A stretch of 64,000 nt of DNA, from the NCBI GenBank assembly GCA_002269645.1, contig NIVC01003219.1:1-64000 (forward strand). The letters run 5' to 3'. This document shows positions 1 to 11,249 of the stretch, one piece after another. The DNA is from Macrostomum lignano (lineage: Eukaryota). How positions within the stretch are numbered: position 1 is the first letter of the stretch; each line of letters opens with the position of its first letter. The notes under the pieces are model-generated. The model was given only the letters and a program-made list of their open reading frames with translations. It was not told where the DNA came from and did not search any database. The position numbers were made by a program, and so were the translations under genes.

Positions 1-2172
1 CCTCAAACACCCCAAGCCACCGCGTAGCCACCAACCCCTCAACACCGCCAGTCCCGCGTAGACACCACCCCTCAAACACCCCAGCCACCGCGTAGCCACC
101 AACCCCTCAAACACCCCAGTCCCGCGTAGCCACCAACCCCCTCAAACACCCCAGTCCCCGTAGACACCAACCCTCAAACACCCAGTCACCGCGTAGCCAC
201 CAACCCCCTCAAACACCCCAGTCCCCGCGTAGCCAACCCCTCAAACACCCCAGTCCCGCGTAGCCACCAACCCCCTCAAACACCCCAGCCCTTGCGTAGC
301 CACCAACCCCCTCAAACACCCCAGCTTGCGTAGCCACCAACCCCCTCAAACACCCCAGTACTTGCGTAGCCACCAACCCCCTCAAACACCCCAGTCCCGC
401 GTAGACACCAACCCCTCAAACACCCAGTCCCGCGTAGACACCAACCCCCTCAAACACTCCAGTCCCCGCGTAGCCACCAACCCCCTCAAACACCCCAGTC
501 CCCGCGTAGACACCAACCCCTCAAACACCCCAGTCCCGCGTAGCCACCAACCCCCTCAAACACCCCAGTCCCCGCGTAGCCACCAACCCCCTCAAACACC
601 CCAGCCCTTGCGTAGCCACCAACCCCCTCAAACACCCCAGTCCCGCGTAGCCACCAACCCCCTCAAACACCCCAGCCCTTGCGTAGCCACCAACCCCCTC
701 AAACACCCCAGTCACCGCGTAGCCACCACCCCCTCAAACACCCCAGTCCCCGCGTAGCCACCAACCCCCTCAAACACCCCAGTCCCCGCGTAGCCACCAA
801 CCCCCTCAAACACCCCAGTCCCCGCGTAGCCACCAACCCCTCAAACACCCCAGTCCCGCGTAGCCACCAACCCCCTCAAACACCCCAGTCCCGCGTAGCC
901 ACCAACCCCCTCAAACACCCCAGTCCCGCGTAGCCACCAACCCCCTCAAACACCCCAGTCCCGCGTAGCCTCCAACCCCTCAAACACCCCAGTCCCGCGT
1001 AGCCACCAACCCCCTCAAACACCCCAGTCCTTGCGTAGCCACCAACCCCCTCAAACACCCCAGCCCGCGTAGCCACCAACCCCCTCAAACACCCCAGTCC
1101 CGCGTAGCACCAACCCCCTCAAACACCCCAGTACTTGCGTAGCCACCAACCCCCTCAAACACCCCAGTCACCGCGTAGCCACCAACCCCCTCAAACACCC
1201 CAGTCCCGCGTAGCCACCAACCCCCTCAAACACCCCAGTCCCGCGTAGCCACCAACCCCTCAAACACCCCAGTCCCGCGTAGCCACCAACCCTCAAACAC
1301 CCCAGTCCCCGCGTAGCCACCAACCCCTCAAACACCCCAGTCCCGCGTAGCCACCAACCCCCTCAAACACCCCAGTCCCCGCGTAGCCACCAACCCCCTC
1401 AAACACCCCAGTCACCGCGTAGCCACCAACCCCCTCAAACACCCCAGTCCCCGCGTAGCCACCAACCCCTCAAACACCCCAGTCCCGCGTAGCCACCAAC
1501 CCCCTCAAACACCCCAGTCCGCGTAGCCACCAACCCCCTCAAACACCCCAGCCCTTGCGTAGCCACCAACCCCCTCAAACACCCCAGTACCTTGCGTAGC
1601 CACCAACCCCCTCAAACACCCCAGTCCCGCGTAGCACCAACCCCCTCAAACACCCCAGTACGCGTAGCCACCAACCCCCTCAAACACCCCAGTCCCCGCG
1701 TAGCACCAACCCCCTCAAACACCCAGTCCCCGCGTAGCCACCAACCCCCTCAAACACCCCAGTCCCTTGCGTAGCCACCAACCCCCTCAAACACCCCAGT
1801 ACTTGCGTAGCCACCAACCCCCTCAAACACCCCAGCCCCGCGTAGCCACCAACCCCCTCAAACACCCCAGTCCCCGCGTAGCCACCAACCCCTCAAACAC
1901 CCAGTCCCCGCGTAGCCACCAACCCCTCAAACACCCCAGTACTTGCGTAGCCACCAACCCCTCAAACACCCCAGCCCGCGTAGCCACCAACCCCCTCAAA
2001 CACCCCAGTCCCGCGTAGCCACCAACCCCCTCAAACACCCCAGTCCCGCGTAGCCACCAACCCCTCAAACACCCCAGTCCCGCGTAGCCACCAACCCCCT
2101 CAAACACCCCAGTCCCCGCGTAGCCACCAACCCCTCAAACACCCCAGTCCCCGCGTAGCCACCAACCCCTCA
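1..2172. repeat. Minisatellite, ~35-36 bp unit (GTAGCCACCAACCCCCTCAAACACCCCAGTCCCGC), C-rich on + strand; truncated by window start
   Basis: Unit read directly; about 60 copies by span/unit. All ORFs in 326-2107 are translations of this repeat. Confidence 0.97.
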
Positions 2173-3245
2173 ACACTAGAGTCCTCTGAACAACTTAGGC
2201 AGTCACATCGCCCGTCGGTTAAAGTTACGCAGGCATTCAAAGAAGAGCATTGAGCACTTCACACATGCGCCAATATTTCTTTCTACAGCACAATCAAAAA
2301 TACGATCATGTTACTACGTGTACAGCTTGCAAAATTGTTTAACCTGCACATTCACTGGTTTAAAAAGTGTTGTTAAAATTATGTAATTAGTTAAGCTGCA
2401 TCGAAAAAACTACTTTCTGTAACTATATTATTATACTATAATATAATTGGTTACTTAAATTCTCTGCTCCTTTCTGCACTTTTTTCTAAAAGTACACACT
2501 TCACTTTAACACATTGTATTTCATTGTTTGTCACAAAGTTTTTTTTCTTACATTTGAAATTAAATCAAATTAGGTTGTCAGAACGTAAATTGAATTTGCT
2601 GACTGAAATATAAACTTTTTTTATTTATGTAATACTTATAATTCTTTAGTGCAAGTTATGATACATCGGGAAATACCCGATTTGAGAGATTTGGGATCAA
2701 ATGAAAATCTTCAGTGTAAATTAAAAGATACAGAACTTTGCACTTTGCATCGTCCGAAAACATCCATAAACATCAATACAAACCTTTGGAAACATCGTCC
2801 CACAGTTCTGAGACAACACGCTCCTTGGTTGCAAGAATTTAACTTAATACAAAATACAGTGAAATATTCAAAGTTGAGAGTTGAAACGCAATGAGATGAA
2901 GTTCAATCATGAAGTTTCCATGCACCACACACCATGCAGTTTCTCATTCTGTTGAGAAATAAAAAAAATTTATAATTCTTCTGCGCAGAACTTGCGCAGC
3001 GCAGAAGGCTGAGTGAAAGTTCCGAACTTATAAACCGCAGTCGTATAGTTGTTAGCCCTCCACTCGAAATCTCTTTTAAACTGCTGACTTCCAAAAACTG
3101 TGTCTCTACTATATGCGATCTTGCAGTTGGGAAAAATTCTTTTCAAAGTGTCAGTTCGAAATTTGATTTTTTTCAATGCATTCAGAAATGAATTTCTGAA
3201 GATTTTAGAAGCACTGATGCAAAATCTTTCTTTAGGCTCATCCAT

Positions 3246-4935
3246 ATCTATAATGAGTCATGCCTGTCTATAATGAGTCATGTCTGTCTATAATGAGTCA
3301 TGCTTGTCTATAATGAGTCATGCCTGTCTATAATGAGTCATGCCTGTCTATAATGAGTCATGCCTGTCTATAATGAGTCATGCCTGTCTATAATGAGTCA
3401 TGCCTGTCTATATTGAGTCATGCTTGTCTATAATGAGTCATGCCTGTCTATAATGAGTCATGCTTGTCTATAATGAGTCATGCTTGTCTATAATGAGTCA
3501 TGCTTGTCTATAAGGAGTCATGCTTGTCTATAATGAGTCATGCCTGTCTATAATGAGTCATGCCTGTCTATAAAATGAGTCATGCCTGTCTATAATGAGT
3601 CATGCCTGTCTATAATGATTCATGCCTGTCTATAATGATTCATGCCTGTCTATAATGAGTCATGCTTGTCTATAATGAGTCATGCTTGTCTATAATGAGT
3701 CATGCTTGTCTATAATGAGTCATGCTTGTCTATAATGAGTCATGCTTGTCTATAATGAGTCATGCTTGTCTATAATGAGTCATGCTTGTCTATAATGAGT
3801 CATGCTTGTCTATAATGAGTCATGCTTGTCTATAATGAGTCATGCTGTCTATAATGAGTCATGCCTGTCTATAATGAGTCATGCTGTCTATAATGAGTCA
3901 TGCTGTCTATAATGAGTCATGCCTGTCTATAATGAGTCATGCTGTCTATAATGAGTCATGCCTGTCTATAATGAGTCATGCCTGTCTATAATGAGTCATG
4001 CCTGTCTATAATGAGTCATGCCTGTCTATAATGAGTCATGACAGTCTATAATGAGTCATGCCTGTCTATAATGAGTCATGCCTGTCTATAATGAGTCATG
4101 CTTGTCTATAATGAGTCATGCCTGTCTATAATGAGTCATGCCTGTCTATAATGAGTCATGCTTGTCTATAATGAGTCATGCCTCATGCCTGTCTATAATG
4201 AGTCATGCCTGTCTATAATGAGTCATGCTTGTCTATAATTAGTCATGCTTGTTATGAGCCATGCTTGTCTATAATGACTCACGCATGTCTATAATGAGTC
4301 ATGCTTATCTATAGTGAGTCATGACAGTCTATAAGAAGTCATCACTGTCTATAACGAGTCATGACTGTCTATATTGAGTCATGCATGTCTATAATGAGTT
4401 ATGCTAGTCTACGAGTATAATGAGTCATGCAGGTCATACTAATTGGTCATACAGGTAGACACCATACTAATGAGTCGTGGGTGCCACACTAATGAGTCAT
4501 GGGAGCCATACTAATGAGTCAAGGGTGCTATACTTATGAGTCATGGGTGCCATACTAATGAGTCATGGGAGCCATACTTATGAGTAATGGGTGCCATACT
4601 TATGAGTCATGGGTGCCACACTAATGAGTCATGGGAGCCATACTAATGAGTCAAGGGTGCTATACTTATGAGTCATGGGAGCCATACTTATGAGTAATGG
4701 GTGCCATACCAATGAGTCATGGGTGCTATACTAAAGAGTCATGGGTGCTATACTAAAGAGTCATGGGTGCTATACTAAAGAGTCATGGGTGCTATACTAA
4801 AGAGTCATGGGTGCTATACTAATGAGTCATGGGTGCCATACTAATGAGTCATGGGTGCCATACTAATGAGTCATGGGTGCCATACTAATGAGTCATGGGT
4901 GCCATACTAATGAGTCATGGGTGCGCCTTACTAAT
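3246..4935. repeat. Compound minisatellite: 20-bp unit TATAATGAGTCATGCCTGTC (~3246-4430) grading into 22-bp unit CCATACTAATGAGTCATGGGTG (~4480-4935)
   Basis: Periods of 20 and 22 bp are visible; both units keep the core ATGAGTCAT. Confidence 0.96.
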
Positions 4936-6111
4936 GAGTTAGTGGTGGCAGTCACACAGTTACTAGGTCATAAAGAAAATAAGTAGCTTATGTCTAGAAA
5001 TCCTCCTATAGATTAGTACTACACAGGCACAGATGCAGTAATTGCAATCGAATTTTGATCAAAGCATACTTTATAATTATCATAAAGCAAACTAGATTAG
5101 AACGAAGAACGAAGATGACTCTCTCTCTAAGAAACATTCAAATATTTTCTGAATAATCCATTTCCTCGATTGTGTCTCATCTGCTTTCTCATCCCCTAAC
5201 TAAGTTAGCCAGACTTGTTGCATAGTAAACAGTTACATCACTTTTACATCTGTGTCTTCAATTCTAGACCTCAGTTTTTTGGTTTGAAAATTCTATATGC
5301 ATGGAACAGTTTCACTTTTCTTTATGTGCAGCGATCTCAGTCTTAGCATTTCAAACATTTTCGTATTTCAGATTCCGTCAAAATACTTAGTGTACTAAAA
5401 TATGTGACCTGCTTTGCTTCTAGAAGGGTTAATTAACTGTAAAGAAATTCTACATTGATTTCAATTAGCTTTAGGTTATTAATGTAGAACACTGGGGGGG
5501 GGGCAAGAACAGGTGCTGCCGCTGCGCATTCAGTCTCTCGCGAGCTGTTCGCCATGTTGGTCACATTTTATTAGCCACTTTTAAACAAGCCGACCATAAC
5601 GCAGAGCCGCACGGCATGTGTAAAAAGCTCCCTTTCTGCTTTTGCTATTCTGTCTGTAGTTGAATTATTTTATTCAATGTTTGGGCCCTTTTTTATTGTT
5701 CGTGATGGCGGAAATGCGACTTCTGATGAATTTGGCAGTCAGTTGGTGACTCAACTACTATATTTAAAGACAGGCCCGCTGCACACAGCTGGGAACGGTT
5801 AGCTTCAGCTTGAAAACAATTTAGTCGAATATTTCATATAATAGGGTAGAGAATTTATAAAAACTTCAGCACTTTAAAATTGTTAATTTATTTAATGAGT
5901 TTCGTATTGTCATCTTAGTTCGCGATCTACAAGACAGTTACGCTCGTACACAGGTCAGTTTTTTTAAGCTTCTTTTCCTTATTTTGTTCGCAGTTTAAAA
6001 GGTTGCAACTTAGCAACATTCTACTTGTAGTAGAAATATGTGCAAAAATTAGTTCAAATTAAAATTAAATATTTAAATTGATTCATTGAAACAATTCCCA
6101 ATCTCGAAAGT

Positions 6112-9100
6112 TCAACGCGACGATGGAGTCGACGAGTGCGGATGCTGGTGCTGGTGCAGAGGCTCCGTGTCCTCGGCCACCGCGCCAGCCGGAATGTTCA
6201 CCTTGTTAGAAACCAGAACGTCAGCTTGAACTGGCGTCATGTCAACGTAGAGAGCCTCAGCGTTAGACTGAAAAAAATTTTTTGGTTTAATTCAAGATCA
6301 CTGAATAGAGCGCATAGCAGAAATCAATACACTTTTCTCTACCCTTCTCTGGTCCGTCCTGCGCAATCCCAGTTTTTTAGCCCTACTCGAGCCCACTACC
6401 CTACGACCAGCACAATGCCACAACCCTCAAACCCCCGGTTTCTCAACCCTCCTGGGCCCACCTCCTTATACCTTCCAACACCAACCCCCCACTTTTCTTA
6501 CCCCCATTTGGGCCCACCACCTCACACCGCGTCCAACACCAACCCCCACTTTTCTACCCCATTTGGGCCCACCACCTCACACCGCGTCCAACACCAACCC
6601 CCCCACTTTTCTACCCCATTTGGGCCCACCACCTCACACCGCGTCCAACACACCCCAATTTTCTACCCCATTTGGGCCCACCACCTCACACCGCGTCCAA
6701 CATCCACCCCCACTTTTCCTAGCACTCCTTGTGCCGACCACCTCATGGACGCCCAGCACAACTCACACTGTCAAATTCTTCAACAGTAGCTGAGCCTGCA
6801 TAGCTTCGTACATGTAACACTCACCATAAACTGATCATAGAGCGCCTGTCCCATAGCCTCGCGCACGTGCTCATCAACGATAGGCAGTTTCCGACAGAGG
6901 AACTCCAGCGCAACAGATGCCTGCCTCTGGCTATCGGCATGGTCCAAGTTGCCCATAGCGAACATCAGATGATGGACAGCTCGCAGATAGACAAGTCGAT
7001 CACAGATTCTATCCGACTGTCTAGCCAATTCGCCGATGCATTTCGCCGCGGCAGCCTGTTGAACGTAGATTGGCATCGGCGTGCTGCCGGCGTCGCCAGC
7101 GTCGCCGACTCCGCCAGACTGTTCCGCCCGGCTGGTGTCGCGATTTGGTCGGAGAAGTGTCACTACGGCCTTGGATTTGGATAAAATGCGGAAAATTGTA
7201 TCAACTTACATCAGGGAATCAGTTAACGTGGCGCACCTCTGCTTTTCAACTGTTCAGAATCAACAACACCCCATTTCTCTACCCATGAGAATCAACAACA
7301 CCCCATTTCTCTACAGATGAGAATCAACAACACCCCATTTCTCTACCCATGAGAATCAACAACACCCCATTTCTCTACAGATGAGAATCAACAACACCCC
7401 ATTTCTCTACCCATGATAATCAACAACACCCCATTTCTCTACCCATGAGAATCAACAACACCCCATTTCTCTACAGATGAGAATCAACAACACCCCATTT
7501 CTCTACCCATGAGAATCAACAACACCCCATTTCTCTACCCATGAGAAGCAACAACACTCCATTTCTCTACCCACGAGAGTCAACAACACCCCATTTTTCT
7601 ACACATGAGAATCAACAACACCCCATTTCTCTACCCATGAGAATCAACAACACCCCATTTCTCTACCCACGAGAATCAACAACACCCCATTTTTTCTACC
7701 CATGAGAATCAACAACAGCCCACTTTTCTACCCATGAGAATCAACAACACCCCATTTCTCTACCCATGAGAATCAACAACAGCCCACTTTTCTACCCACG
7801 AGAATCAACAACAGCCCACTTTTCTACCCATGAGAATCAACAACACCCCATTTCTCTACCCATGAGAATCAACAACACCCCATTTCTCTACCCACGAAAA
7901 TCAACAACACCCCATTTCTCTACCCATGAGAATCAACAACACCCCATTTCTCTACCCATGAGAATCAACAACACCCCATTTCTCTACCCATGAGAATCAA
8001 CAACCGCCCACTTTTCTACCCACGAGAATCAACAACAGCCCACTTTTCTACCCATGAGAATCAACAACACCCCATTTCTCTACCCATGAGAATCAACAAC
8101 ACCCCATTTCTCTACCCACGAGAATCAACAACACCCCATTTCTCTACCCATGAGAATCAACAACACCCCATTTCTCTACCCACGAGAATCAACAACACCC
8201 CATTTCTCTACCCATGAGAATCAACAACACCCCATTTCTCTACCAACGAGAATCAACAACACCCCATTTCTCTACCAACGAGAATCAACAACACCCCATT
8301 TCTCTACCCATGAGAATCAACAACACCCCATTTCTCTACCCATGAGAATCAACAACACCCCATTTCTCTACCCATGAGAATCAACAACAGCCCACTTTTC
8401 TACCCATGAGAGTCAACCCCCCTTTTTTACCCATGAGAATCAACAACACCCCATTTCTCTACCCATGAGAATCAACAACAGCCCACTTTTCTACCCATGA
8501 GAGTCAACCCCCCTTTTTTACCCACGAGAATAAACAACACCCTAACATATTCCAGAGAGATATATTTATTATATCAATACCTGCAGCAAGTCGTCAGCAA
8601 TATTGTAATGCATGAGCTCCTTAATGAACTCAATAGTAGCCGACTGCACCTCGAGATGCAGCGTGTTCAACAAATTTGTGAGCCGTTCGACAATGACAGG
8701 ATTGGCGTGCTTGACAATTGGCTGAACGAATCGCAGAGTCTGCACGGCCATCTGCTGCGCAGTCGGCGAGGTGCACGGCAGCACAGCGATGAGGCCTTTG
8801 TAGACTTGCTCAACAAACCGAGCATTGCCATCGGCCAGAGACTGGAGCAGGTAGCGGGCGGAGTCCTGAGTTCGCTCCGATTTTGATTTGGCCAAACATT
8901 CGGCCACGGCTCTGATTCCGTAGCTCTCGCAGATGATCTCCTTGTACTTGGTGCCTGAGCGGGGTTGCCGCGTTGAATTTGTGTTGTGATAAATTTTCAG
9001 TAGGGTTAACGAGGCCAATTCATCTTTGTGGGCGCCCCTGTCTCTTGTTGGGCGCCCCTGTCTCTCGGTGGGCGCCCCTGTCTCATGGTTGGGCGCTCCT

Positions 9101-9773
9101 GTCTCTTGTTGGGCGCCCCTGTCTCTCGGTGGGCGCCCCTGTCTCTCGATGGTCGCCCCTGTCTCTCGGTGGGCGCCCCTGTCTCTTGGTGGGCGCCCCT
9201 GTCTCTTGGTTGGGCGCCCCTGTCTCTTGTTGGGCGCTCCTGTCTCTTTGTGGGCACCCCCTCTCTCTTAGTGTCATGGTGGGTCAAGCAGCACAATGGA
9301 CGAAGTTTCAATCGAAAGTAATCATAAAAATTAAAGAGACTTCTTCAAGTAGCACTTAGCAACGTACCGGCGTTAGCAATGCACTGCAGAATCCTAATAG
9401 CCCAATCTTTGTCCTCCTCTTTAGCCTTCTTGAGTCCCAGCAGCTCCAGCAAGCACATGATGCCGCCATGCTCTAGAAATTCTATCATAAAATTGTGACT
9501 TGTTGATGCGGATAGGAACAGGTGTATGGTCTCCAGCTGTTCTGTGACGCAGGTGCCAGTCATGTAGGTAAGCTTGAGCCAGACTGACACCCGGGCCAGA
9601 AATAAGCTGGCCATCTGGGCCAGCTCGAACTCCAACTCCGGACCCGACTTCTTCTGGTGCTGGTTGATAAAGTCTCGCAGGATGACCGATCGCTTAGCTT
9701 TGCTCGACTGATCCCACTCCCGCAGCATGTTCATGACATTCATTGTTGCTACTTCTTGCTTTGAGGAACCCAT
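6112..9773 (-). CDS. ARMH1: Armadillo-like helical domain-containing protein 1 (C1orf228 orthologue), 426 aa; complement(join(6112..6267,6825..7169,8581..8954,9368..9773))
   Basis: Translation MGSSKQEVATMNVMNMLREWDQSSKAKRS...ANAG|TKYKEIICESYG...LLQ|AVVTLLRP...QQAAAAKCIG...YDQFM|SNAEALYVDM...SSR* follows human ARMH1 as recalled (LQEWDNAGK, YKELICESYG, QQAAAAKAIG, FLSNAEDLY). All three introns are GT..AG with matching phases; total 1281 nt. Confidence 0.9.
6490..6720. repeat. ~55-bp tandem repeat, 4 copies, in ARMH1 intron 3
   Basis: CCCCATTTGGGCCCACCACCTCACACCGCGTCCAACA recurs at ~6502, 6557, 6614 and 6666. Confidence 0.85.
7258..8545. repeat. 32-bp minisatellite (CATGAGAATCAACAACACCCCATTTCTCTACC) filling ARMH1 intron 2
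   Basis: 32-bp period read directly; about 40 copies. Confidence 0.96.
9026..9265. repeat. 20-21-bp minisatellite (GGGCGCCCCTGTCTCTTGTT) in ARMH1 intron 1
   Basis: About 11 copies, read directly. Confidence 0.93.
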
Positions 9774-11249
9774 TTTTTCGCTGGCTACAATGAGCATAAA
9801 ACCAGGAAAAATCAATAGTTGTTGAGTTTCAAGCATCTCAACGAAGGAACGAGACTAAGATTAGTTGAAGCGAATGTCTAGAATTATACTTAAAAAATTA
9901 AAAATAATAAAATAGCGTCGATCTCAGGTGAAGACTGAAGCGGTGAAGTAGATGTGGTGTTTACAGCGAAAGAGATGGTTTGCGCGAACATAATAAGTTT
10001 GAATTATGTGACAGGAGATCAACCATAGACTGCCTTGTACAGAAATAATTATTGCATTCAGAACAAGGCTATTTTCTTTATATGCCACCTAAGAAAATTA
10101 GGTTACTCTAACAGAATGATATGAAAGAAATTATCAGCAGGCAATGTTAGCTGCCTCCAACAGTGACGCTTGAAGTGGAATTAAAAACGTGATTTACAAA
10201 CCATGAAGTTATAATCTTTCCATGTAATTTTTTCTTACTTCAAATACAGTCTCACGGAAATCCATGGTGTTTCATAGGGGAGAAGGAAAACTATATTATA
10301 AAGAAACCCTGTACTGTAAGAGACCCAAATATGCGAGCTATCGGGCTACCCTGCTACTTAACTGTAGAGATGCAAACTATGACTGTTAAAATATTTTAAA
10401 CAGTTGATTAATTATGTCGTTAAAAATCGAACAACTACCGTGCAATCCTAATATAAATTTTAGAGCTACTTTTAAACTTAAATTATTGATACAACATACA
10501 ACTATTGAGTATTGAAATTTGAGGGTAACATTTATTCTACCGTCTACAAGAAAATCACACTCATATCATAGTAATAGCTAAACTAAAAAATCTTAATTAG
10601 TCATTTTCCTAATAAAAGCCATAAATAAAAAATATGGATATGGAAGGATACGTGAAATAAAAGTATTTATGTGATTGAACTTGATATGTAGCACTAAAAC
10701 AACAATTTTTAGTCAAAGTTAAAATTTCCCTGTACGCAGAAGAAACAACAAACACATAGAATTTTCAACTGTAAGTTTTCTATAGCTATTTTTATTAATT
10801 AAAATACTTAATTATTCAAGCTACGGAATTTTACTTGAAATATACAAAACATTCTAATTTGATTTGTTTAACTATTAATAACCTATAGAAGAATTAAAGT
10901 AGTAAAAGTCTGCCCAAGTGTAGTTATTTTATTCAAAGCCTGTATTTAAAGAGAAAAAATAGTAATATTTTCACTTTAGAGGACTGTCTGAAACTTTTTC
11001 TTTTTAAACAAAGTCCCTACAACTCTTCTGTGTAAAAAACATATTTCCGAGTTTTATAAATAACGTACCTAATGTCTTAACTTAACGACCTACGGAATTT
11101 GGTTAACGCTGAATCACTACACTATTATTTTTTGTGTCGCAAAGCTAGCACGTTACTTTCTTATTACGAAGGTGTAACTCTTTACTCTTAAATAATCTGC
11201 TCATTATTATTTTATTGACAAATACTTAAAAAGGCATTTCAGCACCAAA

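Noticed and set aside
326-2107. Multiple Pro/Thr-rich or Gly-rich ORFs
   Set aside because: They are translations of the 35-bp array in several frames, with no unique sequence or splice context.
2649-3245. ORFs 2649..2894 (+) and 2970..3245 (-) as possible exons
   Set aside because: No recognisable homology and AT-rich codons. The minus-strand ORF has a possible acceptor at the array edge, but I found no partner exon. RNA-seq would be needed.
5430-5555. Short minus-strand ORF (MANSSRETECAAAAP...) in a CpG-rich, promoter-like patch
   Set aside because: Good start context, but only ~42 codons, no convincing donor and no homology.
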